DNA of 64,000 nucleotides from Macrostomum hystrix (lineage: Eukaryota; Animalia; Platyhelminthes): contig CATNEN010000038.1 of assembly GCA_950097015.1 (NCBI GenBank), forward strand, positions 20,832,001-20,896,000. The letters are read 5' to 3'. Every line of letters starts with the position of its first letter. Position 1 is the first letter of the stretch. The notes beneath the pieces were generated by a model that saw only the letters and a list, made by a program, of their open reading frames with translations, did no database searches and was not told the DNA's origin. The translations under genes and the position numbers were made by a program. Shown one piece after another: positions 12,757-25,951 of this stretch.

Positions 12757-13216
12757 GCAAGTTTGGTCTCCGTCAAATTTTGGCTCCAACACTGACGCGC
12801 CCAGTGGCGCTGGCTCCAGCCCGCCGCCTGCTCCGCCATCTCCAGCCGTGCCGTTCCGCCTGACGCCCAACCTGTGCGAGCTGATAAGCCCGCTGGGCAT
12901 TCGCGGCCCACTGCAGGCCGCCATCATTGCCAGCGCCCGCTGCCTTGTCCTGCCCAAATACCAGCTTGCTGCCTATCTGCGCTGCGCGCTGCGCGACGAA
13001 GTCATTCTCAGCCACAGGCAGCAGAACTCCGGCGCCTGCCCGGAGGCCGACGCCCTAACCCAGGCAGTCGGCCAGGCCGTTGCGGCCATTCTCAGCCGGC
13101 TCCAGACTCTGGCAGCTTTCGAAGGCGCTGTTAGCGCCGTGCCTGGTCAAATCAAGGCGGCCAGCGATTTAGACAATTTGGCCACAATGCCGGCAGCCTA
13201 CCAGCCTTGGCTGTGA
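12757..13216 (+). CDS. TRRAP: TRRAP last exon: VPFRLTPN and FATC domain ending DNLATMPAAYQPWL*
   Basis: ttcaag|G acceptor is phase-compatible. Contains the PIKK VPFRLT motif and the FATC terminal PWL, with TGA at 13214-13216 and a possible polyA signal ATTAAA at 13261. Confidence 0.9.
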
Positions 13217-13444
13217 CCTTCGATTGAACAATTGAAAAGCTGGAAAATGTGTTAACTGACATTAAAAACCTAAAAAGCCAAGCAAGCCATGTATCCAAAT
13301 TTGTTACCCTGCAGACTCATCAGTTTTAATGTTCACTATTACCTGCTTATTACTGTAAGTTTCGCTTTTATATTTATACTTGTTTTGTTATGATTCTCAG
13401 CCTGGTCTGCTTTTGTATGCCTTTAAATGACTAGAGTCTAAGAA

Positions 13445-14043
13445 GAGGACAAGTTTGACAGGCGGGTGCAACTCCTCCTTCTGAGGAGGACAAGTTTGAC
13501 AGGCGGGTGCAACTCCTCCTTCTGAGAAGGACAAGTTTGACAGGCGGGTGCAACTCCTCCTTCTGAGAAGGACAAGTTTGACAGACGGGTGCAACTCCTC
13601 CTTCTGAGGAGGACAAGTTTGACAGGCGGGTGCAACTCCTCCTTCTGCGGAGGACAAGTTTGACAGGCGGGTGCAACTCCTCCTTCTGCGGAGGACAAGT
13701 TTGACAGGCGGGTGCAACTCCTCCTTCTGAGGAGGACAAGTTTGACAGGCGGGTGCAACTCCTCATTCTGAGGAGGACAAGTTTGACAGGCGGGTGCAAC
13801 TCCTCCTTCTGAGAAGGACAAGTTTGACAGGCGGGTGCAACTCCTCCTTCTGAGAAGGACAAGTTTGACAGGCGGGTGCAACTCCTCCTTCTGAGGAGGA
13901 CAAGTTTGACAGGCGGGTGCAACTCCTCCTTCTGCGGAGTTCAAGTTTGACAGGCGGGTGCAACTCCTCCTTCTGAGGAGGACAAGTTTGACAGGCGGGT
14001 GCAACTCCTCCTTCTGAGGAGGACAAGTTTGACAGGCGGGTGC
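13445..14043. repeat. 41-bp minisatellite (gaggacaagtttgacaggcgggtgcaactcctccttctgag), about 14 copies
   Basis: Direct tandem periodicity. Confidence 0.95.
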
Positions 14044-15038
14044 GTTTGACGGATATTTTTGAACGAAAGGTTAAACGGGTCTCATCGCCGTCAAACTCGA
14101 CCTGAAGCGAATTAAGACTTGATACTAACGAACGTTATTTATATTTTTATCCGGTGAAAAATATATTAAAACGCGTTAAATTAAAATGTGAAAGCGTGTT
14201 TTCTATTTGTACTCTGGTGCATTTTGTATTTATGTCATCGTTTCAAGTGTATTTATGTCGCTGTTTCGTCATGCTCTGTCTTTTACTACATGCCCTGATT
14301 CCTATTTATAATTCCTATTATAATTAACGTTTGCCCTAAAATATACAAATGATAGGAGAGTTAAAAGTGGTTATTGTTGGGCTTCTTAGCAGCTTATTAT
14401 CTAAGTGGGTAATCTTACGGACTAAAGTCGTAATTATCTTTGTAACTTATAAATTTATTAGTTATAAATTATTATTATTTATAAATGCGGTACACGGTTA
14501 GTGAGAATGTGCTAGTTGACCTGTCTAACTCATTTGATAGCTCAACTATAATCGGCAATCTTACACCGATAAAGTGTGAGGAAAAGACCCTGCAAAGGCA
14601 CCACGAAGTCGCTAATAACTTGCACTCTTTACGCTTGAAACCGAGGTCTCTAAGCATCACATGATTTTGCATGTATTAACTTCGATCGGCTAGGCGAATG
14701 GCCACCTCCAATGAAAAGTGTTTCCCGTGTTCCGCGGCCATAAAGTGGTGTCGAATTTGAAAGGCTCTGGTATATCTGTGTCAGCCACACACCTGTTTGA
14801 TTGGTTCTTCCTGCCTGGTCACTTTTTTACTTGCATCCCCACGGACCAATCGGAGCGAGTCTGCTGCATGCACCCCCCTTGAAAGACTGCATGGCCTTCC
14901 ATTCGGCCCACATAAGCCCAGCACTTGCAGGTCAGCCAACCCAGAACTCTGAGTCCCTCCTGCTCTACGTCTCCGCTCCGAGCCGAAGCTGCTGAACACT
15001 TTGAGAAGATCGAATTCAAGCTGCGACACCCGTCAACA

Positions 15039-15896
15039 ATGAAGCTCAGCTTCCTGCTTCTGTGGGTCCTCCTGCTTCACGTGTGCGCCACCGAACTGGA
15101 CAAGAACAGTCAGGAGCAGCAACAGCACTGCTGCCTGCCGATGAAGTGGCACAGCCGCATGGTGAAGGCCAATTATCGAACCTACCAACGCATGGTGCCC
15201 ATCAAGAGCAAAGTCCCGGTGCAGGACTCGCAGCCATCTCGAGTCTTCGACGTGTTCGTCAACTACCGCCGTCCGAGGTTCGAGCTTCGCTCCCTTCTGG
15301 GCAGCAGCATGGTGTTCTGGCGCGGCCACATGTGGACATTCCGACCCGGTGCTCACATTCCGGAGCACCTGAGCCAGGTGTCGGACGGCTTCAGGCCGTC
15401 AAACGGTCTGGCGCCCTTCTTCTTCCGCTGTCTGGCCGCTGAGAACGGCTTCCAGCGGCTCAACGCGACGCACTACCGACTGTCGGAGCCCGACAACTCG
15501 ACACCTGCCAGCCGCCGGCTTCGCATCGGCTCGGTGACCGACATCTACGTGGTGCCCACCAACGATACGACCTCCGGGCGTCGCCGACGATCCGGACACA
15601 CCTGCCTGCTGGCCGGGTACACCGTCTCCGCGCGTTACTTCAAGCACATGGACGAAGGCCGCAGCATAGCTCTGGTGAACGAGGCCGACGCCTACTGGCC
15701 CCAGAAAGGCGTGTTGCCCACGAGTCGGCAGGGCTGGCCGGACAGGCAGTTCACGGACCAGGCTCGCAGCTTCCGGAAATATTATAGAGGCCTGATTCGA
15801 GCCAACCGCATCAAGTTCAGCCGACCCCATCTGCATGTGGCGGTGCCCGGTCATGTGCGGCAGCGGGAGGACGAAGACGAGACGGCGACTCGTTGA
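15039..15896 (+). CDS. Intronless secreted glycoprotein, 285 aa, possibly ependymin-related (EPDR-like)
   Basis: ATG in caacaATG context; signal peptide MKLSFLLLWVLLLHVCA. CCLPMKW resembles the N-terminal CCxPxQW of ependymin-related proteins. Has N-glycosylation sequons NAT, NST, NDT and GC-rich codon-like composition. Confidence 0.6.
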   Translation: MKLSFLLLWVLLLHVCATELDKNSQEQQQHCCLPMKWHSRMVKANYRTYQRMVPIKSKVPVQDSQPSRVFDVFVNYRRPRFELRSLLGSSMVFWRGHMWTFRPGAHIPEHLSQVSDGFRPSNGLAPFFFRCLAAENGFQRLNATHYRLSEPDNSTPASRRLRIGSVTDIYVVPTNDTTSGRRRRSGHTCLLAGYTVSARYFKHMDEGRSIALVNEADAYWPQKGVLPTSRQGWPDRQFTDQARSFRKYYRGLIRANRIKFSRPHLHVAVPGHVRQREDEDETATR

Positions 15897-16696
15897 AGTG
15901 CGCCAGTTTGCAAACCTTCGTGGCTGCATGAAATTCGGGCTCTATAATGTTAAGTTGACACGATGCCCTAAGTACATCGATTCCATTTTCAAAACTTATA
16001 TCGGACATGCTATGGTAAGGTACAATGGACTTAGGAAGCCTGTCGGCTTCATTTTACTCGTAGCTTTTGACGCTCTGCGCCGCTTAGCTCTGCTGTCTTT
16101 GGCATTCGTTTTCACATTTCCGTGCCCAAAAACTACCCAAGACTAGTCTGTTCTTGAACTATATGTAATTGTCACATTCTCCCAACTAATTGATATCATG
16201 CTTCTGTAATTGCTTTGTCCCCTTACCTGTGGCCACAGAAAGTGAATTTCTAGAGTTTAGATTCCATTTTAGACAGGAAGAGCAGAAAGCTCATTGCTTT
16301 TGTGTTTATTTTTCCATCATTGCTACTGAGCTACTAACAATGGATAGTGCAGTTAAAGGACTCTTAATACTATAATTAATGATTTGAAGAGGCCAATGTG
16401 AGCTGCGATATTGTGTTTTTTTCTCCGTTTGATTGACAACTTTCACGCGATGGATTTTTTTCCACTTATTTGGCCCAAATGTATCTGTTGTCTTTGTTAA
16501 AAAACATCGTTTTTCGCGACCTGTCTGTATATTTGCAAAGCATGCTGTAGCAGCCCAGTGATCGATTTTTCTATATCCCACTATTGCCATCTCTATTTGC
16601 ATATGAAACTTGTGATCATTGCTGCTAGAGCTGTTATTAGTTCATTTCTGTAGTCCCTGAGCATGGAACAATTGTGTCCGACAATTAAAAAGTTGG

Positions 16697-17675
16697 TCCT
16701 TCACCCAACACCTGAGCATTTTACAGTTAATCCTTCACCCAACACCTGAGCATTAGACAGTTAATCCTTCACCCAACACCTGAGCATTAGACAGTTAATC
16801 CTTCACCCAACACCTGAGCATTAGACAGTTAATCCTTCACCCCACACCTGAGCATTAGACAGTTAATCCTTCACCCAACACCTGAGCATTAGACAGTTAA
16901 TCCTTCACCCAACACCTGAGCATTAGACAGTTAATCCTTCACCCCACACCTGAGCATTAGACAGTTAATCCTTCACCCAACACCTGAGCATTAGACAGTT
17001 AATCCTTCACCCAACACCTGAGCATTAGACAGTTAATCCTTCACCCAACACCTGAGCATTAGACAGTTAATCCTTCACCCAACACCTGAGCATTAGACAG
17101 TTAATCGTTCACCCAACACCTGAGCATTAGACAGTTAATCCTTCACCCAACACCTGAGCATTAGACAGTTAATCCTTCACCCAACACCTGAGCATTAGAC
17201 AGTTAATCCTTCACCCAACACCTGAGCATTAGACAGTTAATCCTTCACCCACACCTGAGCAATAGACAGTTAATCCTTCACCCACACCTGAGCAATAGAC
17301 AGTTAATCCTTCACCCAACACCTGAGCATTAGACAGTCGGTCCTTCACCCACACCTGAGCATTAGACAGTTAATCCTTCACCCAACACCTGAGCAGTAGA
17401 CAGTTAATCCTTCACCCCACACCTGAGCATTAGACAGTTAATCCTTCACCCAACACCTGAGCATTAGACAGTCGGTCCTTCACCCCACACCTGAGCATTA
17501 GACAGTTAATCCTTCACCCAACACCTGAGAATTAGACAGTTAATCCTTCACCCAACACCTGAGAATTAGACAGCTAATCCTTCACCCCACACCTGAGCAT
17601 TAGACAGTTAATCCTTCACCCAACACCTGAGAATTAGACAGTTAATCCTTCACCCAACACCTGAGCAGTAGACAG
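16697..17675. repeat. 34-bp minisatellite (cacctgagcattagacagttaatccttcacccaa)
   Basis: Direct tandem periodicity. Confidence 0.95.
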
Positions 17676-19121
17676 CGTTTCTTGACAACAACACCTTACA
17701 GCTTAACGCTAAGATGTGGACGGCAGTTTCATAGATTTCGCAGATTTTTTTGTTTGCTCTGAATATCACTGCATTGTGATACTTGTTTTTTGTCTCATTA
17801 AACTTCGCGTCATAATTTTAATCTTTTTATTACGATTTTGCCGTGGTGTCAGCTAAAGCAGTCGCGTCTTTTGTTCATTCGGACTTTGTCCTTCTTGTTT
17901 GCTTTTGTTTCCAAGCTGTCATGTACTTGTTTATTTTGTTTCAAATTACTTACCAAAAAGGCTGACTAAGATGTCATTTTTAATTTCGTAGCAAACGCGT
18001 GGCGATGATCCAGGACGCTCTACTTAGCTCACTATTTAAAGCATGAAGCCCGAAGTTTCTTAATAAACTATTTACTTGTTTTAAAACAACTCCAATAAGC
18101 TACTTAAAAATCAAGCTCGGTCATAATATTCTTAAGTGCGGCTTGGCTTATGATTTATGCAAATATATTTATGAATTTCGAGTACTACATTTTAGTCCAT
18201 CCGATGCTATAAAAGTTGCAAACTTTGCAATGTTTTCAATGACAATGCTAAATTTGAATATATCACCAAGCTGTCTCAGATGTCATCACAGAAAAAAATA
18301 TTCAAAATCAGCCAGCCTCCGTCATCGACCAAAGGTCCGCCCCCGATTTCTAAGAATAGACCCGGGCTCATAATTGACTTATCCCACTCCAAATTTGCCT
18401 CCGCTCCATCATCAACCTTGTAGGTACACAGAAAAGGAATCGGCGTGGGCGTTGCCTGAAGCCTAAAATTATCGTCGAGCAATGTCCAGAGACAGCTAGG
18501 CCACTCCACAGGCTCTGATCAGCCGTGCCCGACGCCTCAGCTTGAAGTGTCTCGGCACGCACCAACCGAACCAATCCAATAATAGCCGACTTACACGGAT
18601 GACTGAGCTCTAAGTCCCTCTGCGCATCTCTTGTCGCAGTCTCAATTATATATCTCATTCTCTCTGATTCTAGCCAGCTAAATATAGAACCAACTCAATA
18701 GCTCGTGCTCAATTATTTCTCTTGGCTCCTCTGGTAGAAATTCTATTAGCCGAAAGTGGATGTCAGGAGAGGAGCAAGATGAGCATCAGATCAGACACCT
18801 TCTTGTTTAAACAGGAGTCTATTCAACAACAATGGATCGAGTGCTAGAAAGAGAGAACACTGGGAATCGTTACGAATTAGAAATTATGCATGGTAAATCT
18901 ACTTTTTTTACTGACCAATGAATGATCCAATGAGTACTCGTAACGGTGTCCAATTACTGAGTAAAAAACTGATTGCCGTGAGAATGTGAAATTCAATATG
19001 GCACCGCGTTGTTTTGCAAGTGGTATTCCACTTGCTGTAAAGTTAATTTGGCCTGTCAGTAAAACCTTCTATTTAAATTATTGAACTAACAGTCCTTTAT
19101 TCGATTCTAAAGAAATTAGCT

Positions 19122-22100
19122 AGTGAGAACAAACTGGTGGGTGAGTTGGGAATCAGGGTGAGAACAGTCAGTGGGTGAGTTGGGAATCAGGGTGAGAACA
19201 GTCAGTGGGTGAGTTGGGAATTAGAGTGAGAACAGACTGGTGGGTGAGTTGGGAATCAGAGTGAGAACAGACTGGTGGGTGAGTTGGGAATTAGAGTGAG
19301 AACAGACTGGTGGGTGAGTTGGGAATTAGAGTGAGAACAGACTGGTGGGTGAGTTGGGAATTAGAGTGAGAACAGACTGGTGGGTGAGTTGGGAATCAGG
19401 GTGAGAACAGACTGGTGGGTGAGTTGGGAATCAGGGTGAGAACAGACTGGTGGGTGAGTTGGGAATTAGAGTGAGAACAGACTGGTGGGTGAGTTGGGAA
19501 TTAGAGTGAGAACAGACTGGTGGGTGAGTTGGGAATCAGGGTGAGAACAGACTGGTGGGTGAGTTGGGAATTAGGGTGAGAACAGACTGGTGGGTGAGTT
19601 GGGAATTAGAGTGAGAACAGACTGGTGGGTGAGTTGGGAATTAGGGTGAGAACAGACTGGTGGGTGAGTTGGGAATTAGGGTGAGAACAGACTGGTGGGT
19701 GAGTTGGGAATTAGAGTGAGAACAGACTGGTGGGTGAGTTGGGAATTAGAGTGAGAACAGACTGGTGGGTGAGTTGGGAATTAGAGTGAGAACAGACTGG
19801 TGGGTGAGTTGGGAATCAGGGTGAGAACAGACTGGTGGGTGAGTTGGGAATTAGGGTGAGAACAGACTGGTGGGTGAGTTGGGAATTAGAGTGAGAACAG
19901 ACTGGTGGGTGAGTTGGGAATCAGAGTGAGAACAGACTGGTGGGTGAGTTGGGAATTAGGGTGAGAACAGACTGGTGGGTGAGTTGGGAATTAGGGTGAG
20001 AACAGACTGGTGGGTGAGTTGGGAATTAGGGTGAGAACAGACTGGTGGGTGAGTTGGGAATTAGGGTGAGAACAGACTGGTGGGTGAGTTGGGAATTAGA
20101 GTGAGAACAGACTGGTGGGTGAGTTGGGAATTAGAGTGAGAACAGACTGGTGGGTGAGTTGGGAATTAGAGTGAGAACAGACTGGTGGGTGAGTTGGGAA
20201 TCAGGGTGAGAACAGACTGGTGGGTGAGTTGGGAATTAGGGTGAGAACAGACTGGTGGGTGAGTTGGGAATTAGAGTGAGAACAGACTGGTGGGTGAGTT
20301 GGGAATTAGAGTGAGAACAGACTGGTGGGTGAGTTGGGAATAAGGGTGAGAACAGACTGGTGGGTGAGTTGGGAATTAGAGTGAGAACAGACTGGTGGGT
20401 GAGTTGGGAATTAGGGTGAGAACAGACTGGTGGGTGAGTTGGGAATTAGGGTGAGAACAGACTGGTGGGTGAGTTGGGAATTAGAGTGAGAACAGACTGG
20501 TGGGTGAGTTGGGAATCAGGGTGAGAACAGACTGGTGGGTGAGTTGGGAATTAGAGTGAGAACAGACTGGTGGGTGAGTTGGGAATCAGGGTGAGAACAG
20601 ACTGGTGGGTGAGTTGGGAATCAGGGTGAGGACAGACTGGTGGGTGAGTTGGGAATTAGAGTGAGAACAGACTGGTGGGTGAGTTGGGAATTAGGGTGAG
20701 AACAGACTGGTGGGTGAGTTGGGAATTAGAGTGAGAACAGACTGGTGGGTGAGTTGGGAATTAGGGTGAGAACAGACTGGTGGGTGAGTTGGGAATTAGG
20801 GTGAGAACAGACTGGTGGGTGAGTTGGGAATTAGGGTGAGAACAGACTGGTGGGTGAGTTGGGAATTAGGGTGAGAACAGACTGGTGGGTGAGTTGGGAA
20901 TTAGGGTGAGAACAGACTGGTGGGTGAGTTGGGAATTAGGGTGAGAACAGACTGGTGGGTGAGTTGGGAATTATGGTGAGAACAGACTGGTGGGTGAGTT
21001 GGGAATTAGAGTGAGAACAGACTGGTGGGTGAGTTGGGAATTAGAGTGAGAACAGACTGGTGGGTGAGTTGGGAATTAGAGTGAGAACAGACTGGTGGGT
21101 GAGTTGGGAATCAGAGTGAGAACAGACTGGTGGGTGAGTTGGGAATTAGAGTGAGAACAGACTGGTGGGTGAGTTGGGAATCAGGGTGAGAACAGACTGG
21201 TGGGTGAGTTGGGAATTAGAGTGAGAACAGACTGGTGGGTGAGTTGGGAATTAGAGTGAGAACAGACTGGTGGGTGAGTTGGGAATTAGAGTGAGAACAG
21301 ACTGGTGGGTGAGTTGGGAATTAGAGTGAGAACAGACTGGTGGGTGAGTTGGGAATTAGAGTGAGAACAGACTGGTGGGTGAGTTGGGAATTAGAGTGAG
21401 AACAGACTGGTGGGTGAGTTGGGAATCAGAGTGAGAACAGACTGGTGGGTGAGTTGGGAATTAGGGTGAGAACAGACTGGTGGGTGAGTTGGGAATTAGA
21501 GTGAGAACAGACTGGTGGGTGAGTTGGGAATTAGAGTGAGAACAGACTGGTGGGTGAGTTGGGAATTAGAGTGAGAACAGACTGGTGGGTGAGTTGGGAA
21601 TCAGGGTGAGAACAGACTGGTGGGTGAGTTGGGAATCAGGGTGAGAACAGACTGGTGGGTGAGTTGGGAATTAGAGTGAGAACAGACTGGTGGGTGAGTT
21701 GGGAATTAGAGTGAGAACAGACTGGTGGGTGAGTTGGGAATTAGAGTGAGAACAGACTGGTGGGTGAGTTGGGAATTAGAGTGAGAACAGACTGGTGGGT
21801 GAGTTGGGAATTAGGGTGAGAACAGACTGGTGGGTGAGTTGGGAATTAGGGTGAGAACAGACTGGTGGGTGAGTTGGGAATTAGGGTGAGAACAGACTGG
21901 TGGGTGAGTTGGGAATTAGGGTGAGAACAGACTGGTGGGTGAGTTGGGAATTAGGGTGAGAACAGACTGGTGGGTGAGTTGGGAATTAGGGTGAGAACAG
22001 ACTGGTGGGTGAGTTGGGAATTAGGGTGAGAACAGACTGGTGGGTGAGTTGGGAATTAGAGTGAGAACAGACTGGTGGGTGAGTTGGGAATTAGAGTGAG

Positions 22101-25100
22101 AACAGACTGGTGGGTGAGTTGGGAATTAGAGTGAGAACAGACTGGTGGGTGAGTTGGGAATCAGAGTGAGAACAGACTGGTGGGTGAGTTGGGAATTAGA
22201 GTGAGAACAGACTGGTGGGTGAGTTGGGAATCAGGGTGAGAACAGACTGGTGGGTGAGTTGGGAATTAGAGTGAGAACAGACTGGTGGGTGAGTTGGGAA
22301 TTAGAGTGAGAACAGACTGGTGGGTGAGTTGGGAATTAGAGTGAGAACAGACTGGTGGGTGAGTTGGGAATTAGAGTGAGAACAGACTGGTGGGTGAGTT
22401 GGGAATTAGAGTGAGAACAGACTGGTGGGTGAGTTGGGAATTAGGGTGAGAACAGACTGGTGGGTGAGTTGGGAATTAGAGTGAGAACAGACTGGTGGGT
22501 GAGTTGGGAATTAGAGTGAGAACAGACTGGTGGGTGAGTTGGGAATTAGAGTGAGAACAGACTGGTGGGTGAGTTGGGAATTCAGGGTGAGAACAGACTG
22601 GTGGGTGAGTTGGGAATCAGGGTGAGAACAGACTGGTGGGTGAGTTGGGAATTAGAGTGAGAACAGACTGGTGGGTGAGTTGGGAATTAGAGTGAGAACA
22701 GACTGGTGGGTGAGTTGGGAATTAGAGTGAGAACAGACTGGTGGGTGAGTTGGGAATTAGAGTGAGAACAGACTGGTGGGTGAGTTGGGAATTAGGGTGA
22801 GAACAGACTGGTGGGTGAGTTGGGAATTAGGGTGAGAACAGACTGGTGGGTGAGTTGGGAATTAGGGTGAGAACAGACTGGTGGGTGAGTTGGGAATTAG
22901 GGTGAGAACAGACTGGTGGTTGAGTTGGGAATTAGAGTGAGAACAAACTGGTGGGTGAGTTGGGAATTAGAGTGAGAACAGACTGGTGGGTGAGTTGGGA
23001 ATTATGGTGAGAACAGACTGGTGGGTGAGTTGGGAATTAGGGTGAGAACAGACTGGTGGGTGAGTTGGGAATTAGGGTGAGAACAGACTGGTGGGTGAGT
23101 TGGGAATTAGGGTGAGAACAGACTGGTGGGTGAGTTGGGAATTAGGGTGAGAACAGACTGGTGGGTGAGTTGGGAATTAGGGTGAGAACAGACTGGTGGG
23201 TGAGTTGGGAATTATGGTGAGAACAGACTGGTGGGTGAGTTGGGAATTAGAGTGAGAACAGACTGGTGGGTGAGTTGGGAATTAGAGTGAGAACAGACTG
23301 GTGGGTGAGTTGGGAATTAGAGTGAGAACAGACTGGTGGGTGAGTTGGGAATCAGAGTGAGAACAGACTGGTGGGTGAGTTGGGAATTAGAGTGAGAACA
23401 GACTGGTGGGTGAGTTGGGAATCAGGGTGAGAACAGACTGGTGGGTGAGTTGGGAATTAGAGTGAGAACAGACTGGTGGGTGAGTTGGGAATTAGAGTGA
23501 GAACAGACTGGTGGGTGAGTTGGGAATTAGAGTGAGAACAGACTGGTGGGTGAGTTGGGAATTAGAGTGAGAACAGACTGGTGGGTGAGTTGGGAATTAG
23601 GGTGAGAACAGACTGGTGGGTGAGTTGGGAATTAGGGTGAGAACAGACTGGTGGGTGAGTTGGGAATTAGAGTGAGAACAGACTGGTGGGTGAGTTGGGA
23701 ATTAGAGTGAGAACAGACTGGTGGGTGAGTTGGGAATTAGAGTGAGAACAGACTGGTGGGTGAGTTGGGAATCAGGGTGAGAACAGACTGGTGGGTGAGT
23801 TGGGAATCAGGGTGAGAACAGACTGGTGGGTGAGTTGGGAATTAGAGTGAGAACAGACTGGTGGGTGAGTTGGGAATTAGAGTGAGAACAGACTGGTGGG
23901 TGAGTTGGGAATTAGAGTGAGAACAAACTGGTGGGTGAGTTGGGAATTAGAGTGAGAACAGACTGGTGGGTGAGTTGGGAATTAGGGTGAGAACAGACTG
24001 GTGGGTGAGTTGGGAATTAGGGTGAGAACAGACTGGTGGGTGAGTTGGGAATTAGGGTGAGAACAGACTGGTGGGTGAGTTGGGAATTAGGGTGAGAACA
24101 GACTGGTGGGTGAGTTGGGAATTAGGGTGAGAACAGACTGGTGGGTGAGTTGGGAATTAGGGTGAGAACAGACTGGTGGGTGAGTTGGGAATTATGGTGA
24201 GAACAGACTGGTGGGTGAGTTGGGAATTAGAGTGAGAACAGACTGGTGGGTGAGTTGGGAATTAGAGTGAGAACAGACTGGTGGGTGAGTTGGGAATTAG
24301 AGTGAGAACAGACTGGTGGGTGAGTTGGGAATCAGAGTGAGAACAGACTGGTGGGTGAGTTGGGAATTAGAGTGAGAACAGACTGGTGGGTGAGTTGGGA
24401 ATCAGGGTGAGAACAGACTGGTGGGTGAGTTGGGAATTAGAGTGAGAACAGACTGGTGGGTGAGTTGGGAATTAGGGTGAGAACAGACTGGTGGGTGAGT
24501 TGGGAATTAGGGTGAGAACAGACTGGTGGGTGAGTTGGGAATTAGGGTGAGAACAGACTGGTGGGTGAGTTGGGAATTAGGGTGAGAACAGACTGGTGGG
24601 TGAGTTGGGAATTAGGGTGAGAACAGACTGGTGGGTGAGTTGGGAATTAGAGTGAGAACAGACTGGTGGGTGAGTTGGGAATTAGAGTGAGAACAGACTG
24701 GTGGGTGAGTTGGGAATTATGGTGAGAACAGACTGGTGGGTGAGTTGGGAATTAGGGTGAGAACAGACTGGTGGGTGAGTTGGGAATTAGAGTGAGAACA
24801 GACTGGTGGGTGAGTTGGGAATTAGGGTGAGAACAGACTGGTGGGTGAGTTGGGAATCAGGGTGAGAACAGACTGGTGGGTGAGTTGGGAATTAGAGTGA
24901 GAACAAACTGGTGGGTGAGTTGGGAATTAGGGTGAGAACAGACTGGTGGGTGAGTTGGGAATCAGGGTGAGAACAGACTGGTGGGTGAGTTGGGAATTAG
25001 AGTGAGAACAGACTGGTGGGTGAGTTGGGAATTAGAGTGAGAACAGTCAGTGGACGAGTCGGGAATTAGAGAAAGAACAGTCAGTGGACGAGTCGGGAAT

Positions 25101-25360
25101 TAGGGTGAGAACAGTCAGTGGACGAGTCGGGAATTAGGGTGAGAACAGTCAGTGGACGAGTCGGGAATTAGGGTGAGAACAGTCAGTGGACGAGTCGGGA
25201 ATTAGGGTGAGAACAGTCAGTGGACGAGTCGGGAATTAGGGTGAGAACAGTCAGTGGACGAGTCGGGAATTAGGGTGAGAACAGTCAGTGGACGAGTCGG
25301 GAATTAGGGTGAGAACAGTCAGTGGACGAGTCGGGAATTAGGGTGAGAACAGTCATTGGG
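19122..25360. repeat. 35-bp G-rich minisatellite (gagttgggaattag[a/g]gtgagaacagactggtgggt), about 178 copies
   Basis: Direct tandem periodicity; a variant block (agtcagtggacgagtcgg) sits at the 3' edge. Confidence 0.97.
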
Positions 25361-25951
25361 TGTGAATGTGGTAAAGGTCAGGCAAGATTCAGTTTACATA
25401 TAAGTCTACCTTTTTTTGGATTGAAAAGCGCTAATCTAACTCAGTATTTTACGTTCAGTTCTCATAATGGGGCTAAAGCAAAAGATCATGTAGCCGATGA
25501 CATGTATAATTCAATAGTGCCTGGGGTTCGTACGCGTACAGTATACACAAATAGATAATATTTAAAAGCATCGAATCGTAGAGTAATTTACGTCATAATT
25601 CTATTTTCACGTGACGCGAAGGGCCAAAAGTTGATGCTATACACTTGAGGCACTTAAAGGTGGATTAGTTAGGATTGCTTAACTTAAAAACCACATTTAG
25701 CCAAAAATGGCCTGTGTCTGCGTAGGACCATGGGTAAGGTGCTGTCGGATCTAATTGAACTTATGACGAGGCAGTCTGAGGATTGACTGGATGCTGGGTC
25801 GCCGCTGCTGCCGCGGAAGAAGGTGGGTCTTACGGACTGGAAATACTTGATTCACTTCATTATAGATTACAGGCTTCCCACTGCCCTTCAGTTCCAAGAA
25901 AATTCAGAATCCAGGATTTTCAGGCGACTATACAAGCTTAAAAAAAGTTAA

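Noticed and set aside
19122-25360. True telomere or interstitial telomeric array
   Set aside because: TTAGGG occurs only singly within some 35-bp units and never in tandem.
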